64,000 nucleotides of DNA from a virus. Positions 44,340 to 52,487 of the stretch are shown here, piece after piece; within the stretch, counting starts at the first letter, position 1, and every line of letters begins with the position of its first letter. The stretch spans positions 2,372 through 66,371 of IMG/VR virus record IMGVR_UViG_3300027706_000002. One strand, written 5' to 3'. The position numbers were made by a program, and so were the translations under genes. A model generated the notes under the pieces. The model was not told the DNA's origin, ran no database searches, and saw only the letters and a program-made list of their open reading frames with translations.

Positions 44340-46550
44340 CTAGAACCCCTCCTGTTGCTCCTCGCGAAGTACCCGCAAGTATAAACCCCGTACCTTTTCC
44401 GTGAGCTTCCAACGTTGTCTTCGCGTACCCGGACAGACATAGGATTCTACCGCTCCGATCCGACGTAGAAACCGCAAAAAGAGGCTCAGACGTTCGCTTG
44501 ATTCTCCGGTTAGAATCTCCAAAGCCTGTAGATCTCGGCCTTGCGAGCCTACTTTGGCGAGCTCCTTCGTGAGCGTCAAGATGAGACCTCGAGCCGTATC
44601 CAGAGCCACCCTTCGGACTCTTCGCATCACTTCCGCGTCCAGTTCCGAACGATTCAATACTACTGCTAAACAAGCAGCTAACCGTTGGATTTGCGTGACG
44701 AGACGGGCCGCAAATTCTCGCTCGGCTACCTCCTGTTGCTTCGTCGAGGGACGAGCTCGCATAAAGGCTACCAGCTTTCCGTAGCGGATACACTGATGGA
44801 TTGCCTCATCCGACATGTGGATATTCCCCAGGAGCTTCGTAGCATTGTTCCGCAGATACTCCACGTAACCCCCCGTGAGACGCATCGCCTGGACAATCTC
44901 CGGCGGAAACTGTGTATCCATACTTCCGTTCGCTTCCATGCCGAGATTGCGACGGTTCCGATTTGCTAATCGTAACAGAACCTCATCCTCCAACGTATCA
45001 TCGATCCCATCCATAATGACACAATCGAGAAAGCGTTCCCCCAATTCCGAAGAGTCGAGAATCCGTAACGAGCTCGTTCCGCACAAGATCCAGGTCATAC
45101 GGATCCCCTGGTAATCTCGGCTCATCCGGTTACGGTAGTGGGTGCGAGACGTAGTGTCGTAGATATCTCGAGCTTCTGAGAGAATCTGTCCGAGATTGGG
45201 AGATTGGAGAAGAGTATCGCCGTCCTTCGTGATAAGCGTCTTATCTTTAAGCCGAATCAGAAGAGAATTGTCTTCCTTACCGTCGCGATCGGACTGAAAC
45301 CCGCTGTGAAAGCCCCGAATCGTACTCTTGCTAACCACGTATTGTTTTGCTACGGCTAGAGCTTCACACAAGGTACTTTTACCGCAGGATGCAGGACCCA
45401 TAATCTTACACCACAGTTGGTCCCCTACCGCCTTCGTCGAGGTTACGCAAGCCAGCATCACACTCAGAGCCCGATCTAAACCTTCTGTCCACTTTAGGGC
45501 TTTCTTCCAGGAGTTAACCAGGGTTTTCCAATCAGTACACTCCAGAGGGTCCATATCCAAGGCCCCCTGCGCGGGTCGCTCTCCTTCCCGACGTACCGCT
45601 TTCCAATCCTCCGGAGGCAGTGAAATCTTGGCGAACAGTTGTTCGGCTCGATAGAGACGTTGCTTAACGGTAGTGCCCTGGCGGAGCCAATCTCGTACAT
45701 CGTATCCGTCCGCTAAGGCCGGGTCGTATCCCTGCGGACCCCACAGAAGAATCTGTACGGATTTCGGTGGTTTCGTTGCTGCTTCGAGCTTCCGCAAGGC
45801 TCTTTTCATCCCATCGGCTCCTGGGGAAAAGAAACCTCCTCCAGCCGTTCGTTCGCGAGGATGATCCGAGTCGTACAGAAGAGAAACCGTCTTCCCCTCG
45901 AACATCTCCACCCACTCGTCCAGAAACGTAGAACAAGAAGGAACTGCCAAGACGTTGGCGTGCCGATCGCGTTTTCCCAATCGCAGAGTTTCCCACAAGG
46001 CAATAGCGTCCCAGGGGCCTTCACACAGGTAAACAAGGGACTTACCAGCGTGGTAGAGATTGCAGCCGAAGAGTTGGTGGCCTCCCACGAAACCTTCTCC
46101 CCCTTTCAAGGCTTCGTGAGGAGCCGCCAATAGAGCTTTCCGTTGGGGAGTTCTGGCATAGCGGTAGAGTTGTACGAGTCTCCCGTCCGCTAGCCAACCC
46201 GGGAAAAGCCACTCGCTCGTTATTACCGAACGAGCGAGGCCCCACTGTTGTAGCGTCCCGGGGTCCAAGAGTCCACGCTCTTCCGCTAACTCTTTCCAGT
46301 CTTTTGTGGAGGAGAAGCTGATCGCGTATAGTCTACGCAGAAATTCCAGGGGGTTGCCGTGTTCTCCGCAGACCTTACAATCCCAGCTACCGTTCTGCGG
46401 ATTGGCGTGGAACTTGTTTTCCTTACCGCAAAAAGGACAATCGGCTATAGCTTGAGATTCTCCTTCTTGGTATCGAAGTTCTACCCCGTAGAAAACAAAC
46501 GGTTTGAGGTTGCGAGGAGTAGTTGAAGACGGCGTGGTATTTCTTGGCAC
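44340..46550 (-). CDS. primase-helicase (Zn finger, TOPRIM, AAA+ helicase)
   Basis: CPFC...CKVC, CEGPWD, YDSD, GPASCGKST motifs. Confidence 0.85.
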   Translation of the reverse strand: MPRNTTPSSTTPRNLKPFVFYGVELRYQEGESQAIADCPFCGKENKFHANPQNGSWDCKVCGEHGNPLEFLRRLYAISFSSTKDWKELAEERGLLDPGTLQQWGLARSVITSEWLFPGWLADGRLVQLYRYARTPQRKALLAAPHEALKGGEGFVGGHQLFGCNLYHAGKSLVYLCEGPWDAIALWETLRLGKRDRHANVLAVPSCSTFLDEWVEMFEGKTVSLLYDSDHPRERTAGGGFFSPGADGMKRALRKLEAATKPPKSVQILLWGPQGYDPALADGYDVRDWLRQGTTVKQRLYRAEQLFAKISLPPEDWKAVRREGERPAQGALDMDPLECTDWKTLVNSWKKALKWTEGLDRALSVMLACVTSTKAVGDQLWCKIMGPASCGKSTLCEALAVAKQYVVSKSTIRGFHSGFQSDRDGKEDNSLLIRLKDKTLITKDGDTLLQSPNLGQILSEARDIYDTTSRTHYRNRMSRDYQGIRMTWILCGTSSLRILDSSELGERFLDCVIMDGIDDTLEDEVLLRLANRNRRNLGMEANGSMDTQFPPEIVQAMRLTGGYVEYLRNNATKLLGNIHMSDEAIHQCIRYGKLVAFMRARPSTKQQEVAEREFAARLVTQIQRLAACLAVVLNRSELDAEVMRRVRRVALDTARGLILTLTKELAKVGSQGRDLQALEILTGESSERLSLFLRFLRRIGAVESYVCPGTRRQRWKLTEKVRGLYLRVLREEQQEGF

Positions 46551-46577
46551 GGAAAGTATCCTCCCTAATAGAAGAAC

Positions 46578-47036
46578 CTAGGCGTCCTCGGGGAACGCGG
46601 CCGGCTTCTTGTCCTGCGAACCGGAGACTGCACGCCGTTCTGCTTCGGTATCCCGATTGGCTCGATCGGCAGACGTACTACTATATCCGTTCGGGTAACG
46701 AACGGCTAGCTTAGCCAGATTGTGGAGAAGAACGTCCTCCAGACGTATCCCCAAAGCGTTGCAAGCTAACGCCACGTACCACAGTAGATCGCCAAGCTCG
46801 GACTCCAGAGCTCCTCGATCGAGATCCTTTCCATAGTACAACCAGTTCTCCACGCAAGAATTGATCTCTCCAGCTTCACCGGCGATACCGATAGCCGCGT
46901 GGAGAAGACGGATCGGGGTTAAGAGCCCGATCCCCGGAGAGGTGGGAAGAGCGGGAGGACTGAAGATCCGTATCCGAGACTCCTGCTGATCGCATTCGGT
47001 TCGGCTGGCCATCTTTTGATAAGCATCCAAGTCCAC
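46578..47036 (-). CDS. MazG-like nucleotide pyrophosphohydrolase
   Basis: G..GEAGE, ELGDLLWY, N..KL..RYP motifs; GTG start after AAGGAG. Confidence 0.88.
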   Translation of the reverse strand: MDLDAYQKMASRTECDQQESRIRIFSPPALPTSPGIGLLTPIRLLHAAIGIAGEAGEINSCVENWLYYGKDLDRGALESELGDLLWYVALACNALGIRLEDVLLHNLAKLAVRYPNGYSSTSADRANRDTEAERRAVSGSQDKKPAAFPEDA

Positions 47037-47053
47037 AGTACATCTCCTTTTTG

Positions 47054-47293
47054 TTAAAGAGATCCATGTAGTTGTTGTTTCGCTCGTTCGATTTCCAGGT
47101 ACTTTTCCAGATAATGCTTGGCTTTTTCCAGGTCTTCGATACCTCCTTTCTTCTTCCATCGACAGATGTACTTCGTGATGACTCCTTGAAAGTAATCGAG
47201 ATCGTTGGCCGCTACGAAGTCCCAGTGTTGTATGGTCATCGTTTGGTAGTGATTACCGCCTACCTGTCGATCGTTGGCGGCTTTCGAGCTCAT
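47054..47293 (-). CDS. DUF3310 (SaV-like) protein
   Basis: QVGG.HY, G...KY..R...KGG.EDL.KA.HYL motifs. Confidence 0.85.
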   Translation of the reverse strand: MSSKAANDRQVGGNHYQTMTIQHWDFVAANDLDYFQGVITKYICRWKKKGGIEDLEKAKHYLEKYLEIERAKQQLHGSL

Positions 47294-48426
47294 GGTATCT
47301 CCTCCTTCTTTTTCTTCGCCTGCAAACGTCGCTCGATCCAGTTGCGGGCTGCGATTTTCCAATCATCGGCTTCGATATTTCTCGTCCAGAGTAGACTCGT
47401 TGCGGAACCTCGCTTGTAGTGCTGGTAGGCTAATAGGAGCGGAAAGGCCACATATCTGAGAAACGGCTCTTTCCATTGTAGTTTTTCAGTATCGAAGACT
47501 TCTCCGGAAAAGACCTCGACGAAGTGTGGAAGTTCTTTTTCGAAAACGACGGGATCTTGTACAAGGGGCACGAAGTTCCAATTAGAGGTTCCGTACCATT
47601 CATCGGATTTTGCGCCTCCTATTTGATACTCCTCGAGCCACTCGAGCGGTTTCCAGTTGTCCAGGTATACATGGAGGTTGTTGGTAAATTGATTGTAGAC
47701 CCCTACCTTGAGCCCCAATCGGGCCGCCAGGTACTCCTGGAGAAAAGAGAAATGTACTGCGTTGGCTCCGAGGGTTCCCCAAATCAGGTCGTTGCTGCGA
47801 TTACAGACAGTAAGGTTGAGATAGGCGGGGACATCGTGGGGCTTTCCCTTGCAGCGAGGACAGGTTTCTACGCTAGAGGAATCTTTTCCTGCACACTCTG
47901 GACAGACTCCGCTTTCCACGGACAAGTAAGCGTGAGTATTACAACAGACGTCCAGACTCCTCTCCACCCAAAGCAGATCATCTTGAACGGACCACATCTG
48001 CAGTACCGCTCGCCGCGAAAACGGATTCTTTTGGAGATGGTCTACCAGGATATCGAGTTGATCGTAGAATTTCGTACCGTTGTATGCGAGAGCTTTTCGC
48101 CAACGGTAGCCGTAAGCTCCGCGTAGCGTGGTTCCATCGTCGGAGTACTGAAGCATGCGCTTATTGTAGCGAGCGAGAGATTGTACATCGTTTCTCCCAG
48201 CGAGCATCCATAACGCTTCGTACAAGTGGAAAAAGGGATTGGCGTCTCGGGCCGCGTTGAAGAGTACCCTTTCCCAAGGTCTACGGTAGGTCACTAGGAC
48301 AGGCTCATCGTAGTAAGCCACCTCACCGTTTCGGCTCGGACCTGTTTCGATCGGGCCGAATCCGCTGAAAAAACAATGGACCAGACGAGCGAACGCGGTG
48401 TTGACGTTGCGGGTGCTTAGCTCCAT
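47290..48426 (-). CDS. thymidylate synthase homolog, probable dUMP hydroxymethylase
   Basis: NPFFH..EALW.L.G, SDDG....GAYG.RW, SRRAVL, DVCCN, RSNDL.WG..GAN (Asn indicates dUMP specificity), NLHVY; clusters with hmdU-processing genes. Confidence 0.82.
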   Translation of the reverse strand: MELSTRNVNTAFARLVHCFFSGFGPIETGPSRNGEVAYYDEPVLVTYRRPWERVLFNAARDANPFFHLYEALWMLAGRNDVQSLARYNKRMLQYSDDGTTLRGAYGYRWRKALAYNGTKFYDQLDILVDHLQKNPFSRRAVLQMWSVQDDLLWVERSLDVCCNTHAYLSVESGVCPECAGKDSSSVETCPRCKGKPHDVPAYLNLTVCNRSNDLIWGTLGANAVHFSFLQEYLAARLGLKVGVYNQFTNNLHVYLDNWKPLEWLEEYQIGGAKSDEWYGTSNWNFVPLVQDPVVFEKELPHFVEVFSGEVFDTEKLQWKEPFLRYVAFPLLLAYQHYKRGSATSLLWTRNIEADDWKIAARNWIERRLQAKKKKEEIP

Positions 48427-49013
48427 GAGGGAACCTCCTTTTTGTAGACGCACGCCGTTTTCTCCAGGACTTCGCTGAGCCTGGCGAGGGGATTGTCTTG
48501 GTACGGATGCTCGGAATTGTGGTGGCGGGGAAAGACGATTCCTTGTCCTCCGGCGGCGCAAAAGCGTTCAATGTTCGTATCTCGATCATCTATCAGGATC
48601 ACCGATTCTCCGGCGAAGATCTCCTTGTGAGGAGTGATGGCGAAGCGATCGAAGCGAATTCCGAAGAAACGCTTGAGCCAACGGACTTTTCCACAGTAGC
48701 TACTCACGCAACTCGAAGGTGCGCTGATTACATGCCAATCTTCTGTAATTTCTTGGGTAAGAGCCAAAACTCCTCGAGCCCAAGGTGTCGGCTCTAATTT
48801 CGCCCAGAACATCTCCGAACCGTTGATTCGATCCCAAAATTCTGCTTCTAGTAGGGGCCGCTCTCTTCCTAAAGCTCGGCTCAGTGGCGGAATCAAGTCC
48901 CAGACTCCTTTTTCCCAATGTCGGAGTACCTCTTCCTTCCGCACTCCCCAAGCTCCGCAGGCTGCCCCGACGAAGTCACACAAGACCTCGTCTAGATCGA
49001 GTAGAATTCTCAC
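48417..49013 (-). CDS. HAD-family 5'(3')-deoxyribonucleotidase
   Basis: LDLDEVL.DF, SAP, GK..W, LIDD...N motifs. Confidence 0.85.
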   Translation of the reverse strand: MRILLDLDEVLCDFVGAACGAWGVRKEEVLRHWEKGVWDLIPPLSRALGRERPLLEAEFWDRINGSEMFWAKLEPTPWARGVLALTQEITEDWHVISAPSSCVSSYCGKVRWLKRFFGIRFDRFAITPHKEIFAGESVILIDDRDTNIERFCAAGGQGIVFPRHHNSEHPYQDNPLARLSEVLEKTACVYKKEVPSWS

Positions 49014-49074
49014 GGTCTTAACTCCTGAACTAATTCGTGGTTACAACTATTTTCAAAAATTTTTACAAATGGGC

Positions 49075-49102
49075 TTGTATTTAAATCCCACCCTATTATA
49101 AT
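49075..49102 (+). promoter_or_regulatory. sigma70-type promoter with AT-rich UP element
   Basis: TTGTAT-16 nt-TATAAT, preceded by TTTTCAAAAATTTTT; upstream of 49150. Confidence 0.7.
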
Positions 49103-49149
49103 GTACAGTAGTCGGAGATTACTAGTACACGAGAAAAGGAGCCTCCCCG

Positions 49150-49401
49150 ATGAACGACACCGTAGCGAGTCTGGTCCACCTGTACAAAACTGCCGCTGAT
49201 CTGGAGCGCAGCGAGCAAGAGTTTCAAGACACTCTCGGCCTGCTCGACAGCCTGAACAAGCCAGCCTTACTAACTTTGACTCGCCAGATGAACCTGGTCC
49301 TACCTTCGCGGATCTCCACCGAGCTCCTGCGCATCCGTATCCGCGAGCGGATCCGCAACCGTCGCGGTATGGCGTTACGTTGCGAGATGTTGGGTTACTA
49401 A
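49150..49401 (+). CDS. hypothetical protein (putative early gene)
   Basis: AAGGAG RBS; downstream of a consensus-like promoter. Confidence 0.7.
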   Translation: MNDTVASLVHLYKTAADLERSEQEFQDTLGLLDSLNKPALLTLTRQMNLVLPSRISTELLRIRIRERIRNRRGMALRCEMLGY

Positions 49402-49421
49402 CCAGGAAGGAGCGATTCCCC

Positions 49422-49457
49422 TTGAATCTTTCAACGACCTGCGGTACAATCCGCAGG
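49422..49457 (+). promoter_or_regulatory. sigma70-type promoter whose -10 box sits inside a 7-bp inverted repeat
   Basis: TTGAAT-17 nt-TACAAT; CCTGCGG-TACAAT-CCGCAGG. Confidence 0.6.
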
Positions 49458-49460
49458 GAT

Positions 49461-49533
49461 GGGCCCTGTTGATCCACCTCCCCGATTCGGTAGGGCCTGG
49501 AAACGCTGGGAGTTCCAGCGGCTAACGGATCAA
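49461..49533 (+). ncRNA. HDV-like self-cleaving ribozyme
   Basis: P1 GGGCCCU/AGGGCCU (G1-U wobble); P2 UUGAUCC/GGAUCAA; P3 ACC/GGU; L3 UCCCCGAUUC; P1.1 CC/GG; P4 CGCUGG/CCAGCG; J4/2 GCUAAC with putative catalytic C49522. All elements are in HDV order. Confidence 0.85.
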
Positions 49534-49550
49534 ATACAAAGGAGTCTCGC

Positions 49551-49943
49551 ATGCCAGTTTCTACCAAGTCCACTTCCTCTTCCTCCAAGAAAACCCACAC
49601 GGAGAACGGCAACGGCCATCGTGGACGGGCACGTAAGGAGGGTCTGCGATCTCCGCAGATTCGTATTCTACAAGCTCTCTCCAAGGCCAAAAGTCCTATG
49701 ACCCGCTCGGAGATCGCAGCGAAGTCCGGAGTCGATCCCGCTTGGTTCACGTCCTACATCGGGGCGCAAGACGAGCTTCGTATGAAGGAACTGGAGCGGA
49801 TCCGGGGGTTCAAGTCCCTGATCGCTCTGGACTACGTGCGTCGCGAGCGTCACGACGTTGAGGGTCGGGATACCGATCTCCACCAGATCACCGTCCAAGG
49901 CCGCAAAGCTCTGCAAAAGGCTCTACAAGCGGCGGAAGCGTAG
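49551..49943 (+). CDS. winged-helix DNA-binding protein
   Basis: QIRILQAL.....PMTRSEIA..SG HTH and IT..GRKAL wing; AAGGAG RBS. Confidence 0.7.
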   Translation: MPVSTKSTSSSSKKTHTENGNGHRGRARKEGLRSPQIRILQALSKAKSPMTRSEIAAKSGVDPAWFTSYIGAQDELRMKELERIRGFKSLIALDYVRRERHDVEGRDTDLHQITVQGRKALQKALQAAEA

Positions 49944-49988
49944 TTCCTCGGTTTCCACGTTCCTTGGAGTCCTACTTGGAGTCCTACG

Positions 49989-50186
49989 ATGCAACTCCAC
50001 ATCGATACCCGGATGATTCGCAACCAAGGCCGAAGAGCCTATCGGGCTTGTGTGCTTGACCGCGATTCCCTGGAGGAGATCTACACTACTCCGCGTAGCT
50101 ATCCCACGGCCCAAGACGCTTCTGACGTGGCTTGGGATTGGGTCCAGGAGAACTATCCCTTCGCGTCCGTGACTACGGAGGACTGA
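49989..50186 (+). CDS. small hypothetical protein
   Basis: Duplicated CTTGGAGTCCTA RBS region upstream; terminator downstream. Confidence 0.65.
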   Translation: MQLHIDTRMIRNQGRRAYRACVLDRDSLEEIYTTPRSYPTAQDASDVAWDWVQENYPFASVTTED

Positions 50187-50225
50187 GCCTCCTCTCCTCT
50201 CCTCTCCTCTCTGGAGCTATCTCTC

Positions 50226-50267
50226 CTCCCCGTCCTCTCCTCCCCGAGAGGACGGGGAGTTTCGTTT
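50226..50267 (+). terminator. intrinsic terminator closing the plus-strand cassette
   Basis: 14-bp perfect stem CTCCCCGTCCTCTC/GAGAGGACGGGGAG followed by TTTCGTTT. Confidence 0.85.
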
Positions 50268-50382
50268 AGACCTAACGCTCTCCTATCCTTCCCCCTAACG
50301 CTTCTCCTTGGCTAGGATCGTCTAGGACGAACGCGAACTCCTTCGTTGTGGGGTGGGTCAATTCCCTAGACGATCGCCCCAC

Positions 50383-51423
50383 CTACCACAAGCCTGCAAG
50401 TTTGCCGGCCCGATAGAGCCTTTGGACGAGCCGAGATCGGCCGAAGCGAGCCAGAGAGCGGCGGCAGGCCGCGATATCCTCACCGACATGGTAGCGTCCC
50501 CGAGTATGCGCCTCCCACTTGCAGAGGATCGTCTCGGCTTCCTGGACGTTGAGGGGACGGTCCTCCCTCGGAGGAGCCTTACGGCCGGATTGCCCTCGAA
50601 GGACTCTCCGCACCGCCCACAGCCCTAGATCGGCGGGGAACTCCCCCTTGCCGGTCTCCTGTCTCCACAGCCGAGCGGCCCCTTCGAGGGGTGAGGAGTA
50701 GAGGGCAAAGACAGACTCCGGAGGAAAGCGGACGCGAGCCAGTCCTAACCGCTCGAGCATATCAGAGGCCTTGAAGCCGATCCAGGGGCCGAATCCGATC
50801 CAGCCCTGGACGTGCCGGAGAACCTCCACTAGACTCTTCGCCGTCTCTTCCCCGGTTAGCAAGGGTCCGAACAGCCTGTCGATCCCTTGCTGCCTCAGCC
50901 AAGTAGAGGACCGCACGGCGATCTGTCCTCGATAGTGCCGACGTTCCTTCCCGCGAGGATAGTAAGCGGAGCGGGCTGCACGACAGAAGGCTCTCCAGTA
51001 GTGAGGCTCCTCGTGCTCCGCGATCCAACTTGCGGTTCCTATATCGTAATAGGACCAGTAAGCGAGAAGCCAACGACTACACAGTGCTAGGTCCCTCGAG
51101 AATCCGGCTGTATGGAGAAGTACATAGACAGGATCGAGATCCCGAGTCTCCAGGAGCTTCCGACCGAAAGCGTCTACGTCAAGGTGAGCCAAGCGAGGAT
51201 GGTAGGCACCGCCTGCTCTACGCTCTTGCGGTAACAGGGTACTCCCTTTTCCAGAAGACGGAGTCTGGCCTTGTAGATCGTTTGTACTCGGTGTACCGTA
51301 TTGTGGGGATTGAGTGGTTTGTCGTTGCCGACGCTGGCCCTTCTTCCTTGAATCCTTTGTAGGCATGTTTCGACTGCTGTAGTCAGAAATAACACGCGAA
51401 GTTGTGGAATCCTGGCGGACCAC
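50383..51423 (-). CDS. amino acid:DNA transferase (aGPT-Pplase2 family); start uncertain
   Basis: FG..LL.T.DLDPVY, WL.AYW.YY, PRG.ERRH.RG, FGPWI.FK..DMLER, QE.ETILCKW motifs. Confidence 0.82.
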   Translation of the reverse strand: MVRQDSTTSRVISDYSSRNMPTKDSRKKGQRRQRQTTQSPQYGTPSTNDLQGQTPSSGKGSTLLPQERRAGGAYHPRLAHLDVDAFGRKLLETRDLDPVYVLLHTAGFSRDLALCSRWLLAYWSYYDIGTASWIAEHEEPHYWRAFCRAARSAYYPRGKERRHYRGQIAVRSSTWLRQQGIDRLFGPLLTGEETAKSLVEVLRHVQGWIGFGPWIGFKASDMLERLGLARVRFPPESVFALYSSPLEGAARLWRQETGKGEFPADLGLWAVRRVLRGQSGRKAPPREDRPLNVQEAETILCKWEAHTRGRYHVGEDIAACRRSLARFGRSRLVQRLYRAGKLAGLW

Positions 51424-51710
51424 TTGACGTCTTCACTCAAGAGTAAACCTTCGCAAAGCACCTTGGGAAAATCTCGGCGGACCTTTTCTAGTAAACGGAA
51501 GACTTCGGCCGCAGAACCGATTGTATCACAACCGCCGCAAGGAGTCTCGTAGTGTCCTAAGATAGCCATCGGGCCATCGAGTTGGTAGTAGTACAATGGT
51601 TTTCTACGGCCGGGGACGTAACGCGGTTCCCACCTTCCTAGAGCTTCCATGACTCTTCGAACCACGGTGCTTTTGCCAGATCCGGAAGTACCGCGTACTT
51701 GTATAATCAC
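51174..51710 (-). CDS. P-loop nucleotide kinase of DNA hypermodification clusters
   Basis: RGTSGSGKST, LGHYE..CGGCDT, EGLL motifs. Confidence 0.82.
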   Translation of the reverse strand: MIIQVRGTSGSGKSTVVRRVMEALGRWEPRYVPGRRKPLYYYQLDGPMAILGHYETPCGGCDTIGSAAEVFRLLEKVRRDFPKVLCEGLLLSEDVKWSARIPQLRVLFLTTAVETCLQRIQGRRASVGNDKPLNPHNTVHRVQTIYKARLRLLEKGVPCYRKSVEQAVPTILAWLTLT

Positions 51711-52225
51711 AGTACAAGCTCCATCGGTTCTAAAGCCTGACCCATGAAAGCTGCGTAGATATTCTCCGCGTTGAGAAGGTAGCGTACCTCTTCGAAGACG
51801 TTCGGCAGGATTACTCCTTTGTGCCGAGCTTTCTTGAGGAGAGAGCTAGGACAGAACCGGCGATAATCATCCTTAAACGGATGCGGAGATCCTGCGAGAT
51901 AGTGCCCCTCAGCGGCTGCTGCTCCGTAGAGAACGAAAAGGAACTTCTCTCGCGATCCCTCGAGAAGAAAGTCCGCTCCAGGGAGCATCCAACGACCCGT
52001 TCCATGCGAAGCAGCTAGATCGGCCGCGTAGACGATCAGGCCTCTTACATATTGAAGTTTACTGGCCGGCCAAAGTAGGTTGACCTCCAAAACGTCTCCT
52101 GGAACTGCGGGACGGTCCGGAGGTTCTTCCAGGAGGCTAAAGCCGACACTCTTGCTTACCTTGCGGACTTCGTTGAAGACCACGTTGCTCATGTCTTGGA
52201 AACTGACTTCGTTCGCAGTCATCAC
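51707..52225 (-). CDS. hypothetical protein
   Basis: AAGGAG RBS; overlaps the kinase start. Confidence 0.6.
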   Translation of the reverse strand: MMTANEVSFQDMSNVVFNEVRKVSKSVGFSLLEEPPDRPAVPGDVLEVNLLWPASKLQYVRGLIVYAADLAASHGTGRWMLPGADFLLEGSREKFLFVLYGAAAAEGHYLAGSPHPFKDDYRRFCPSSLLKKARHKGVILPNVFEEVRYLLNAENIYAAFMGQALEPMELVL

Positions 52226-52256
52226 TGTACTCCTTTTAAGGATCTCGGCGAGTACC

Positions 52257-52487
52257 CTACACGGTTCGTAAATCTCTCACCCAGGATGGTTCGGGAAGAC
52301 GTACCACGTCATCGTTGTCAGAAGCGTGTAAGTGCTCCCGCATCGCCCACTCGAAAGCGGCTGCACGTTGATCATAGGTCCAAGAGGCGATTCTAGCCTT
52401 ATCCACTTCCTCGAAGTCCGCGAGCAGAAGAGCCGTCGCGACTGATTTCGGATCAGTAGTGCGCTGACAGATGTTGAAATCGGTCAT
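52257..52487 (-). CDS. hypothetical protein
   Basis: Coupled to the FkbM gene. Confidence 0.6.
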   Translation of the reverse strand: MTDFNICQRTTDPKSVATALLLADFEEVDKARIASWTYDQRAAAFEWAMREHLHASDNDDVVRLPEPSWVRDLRTV

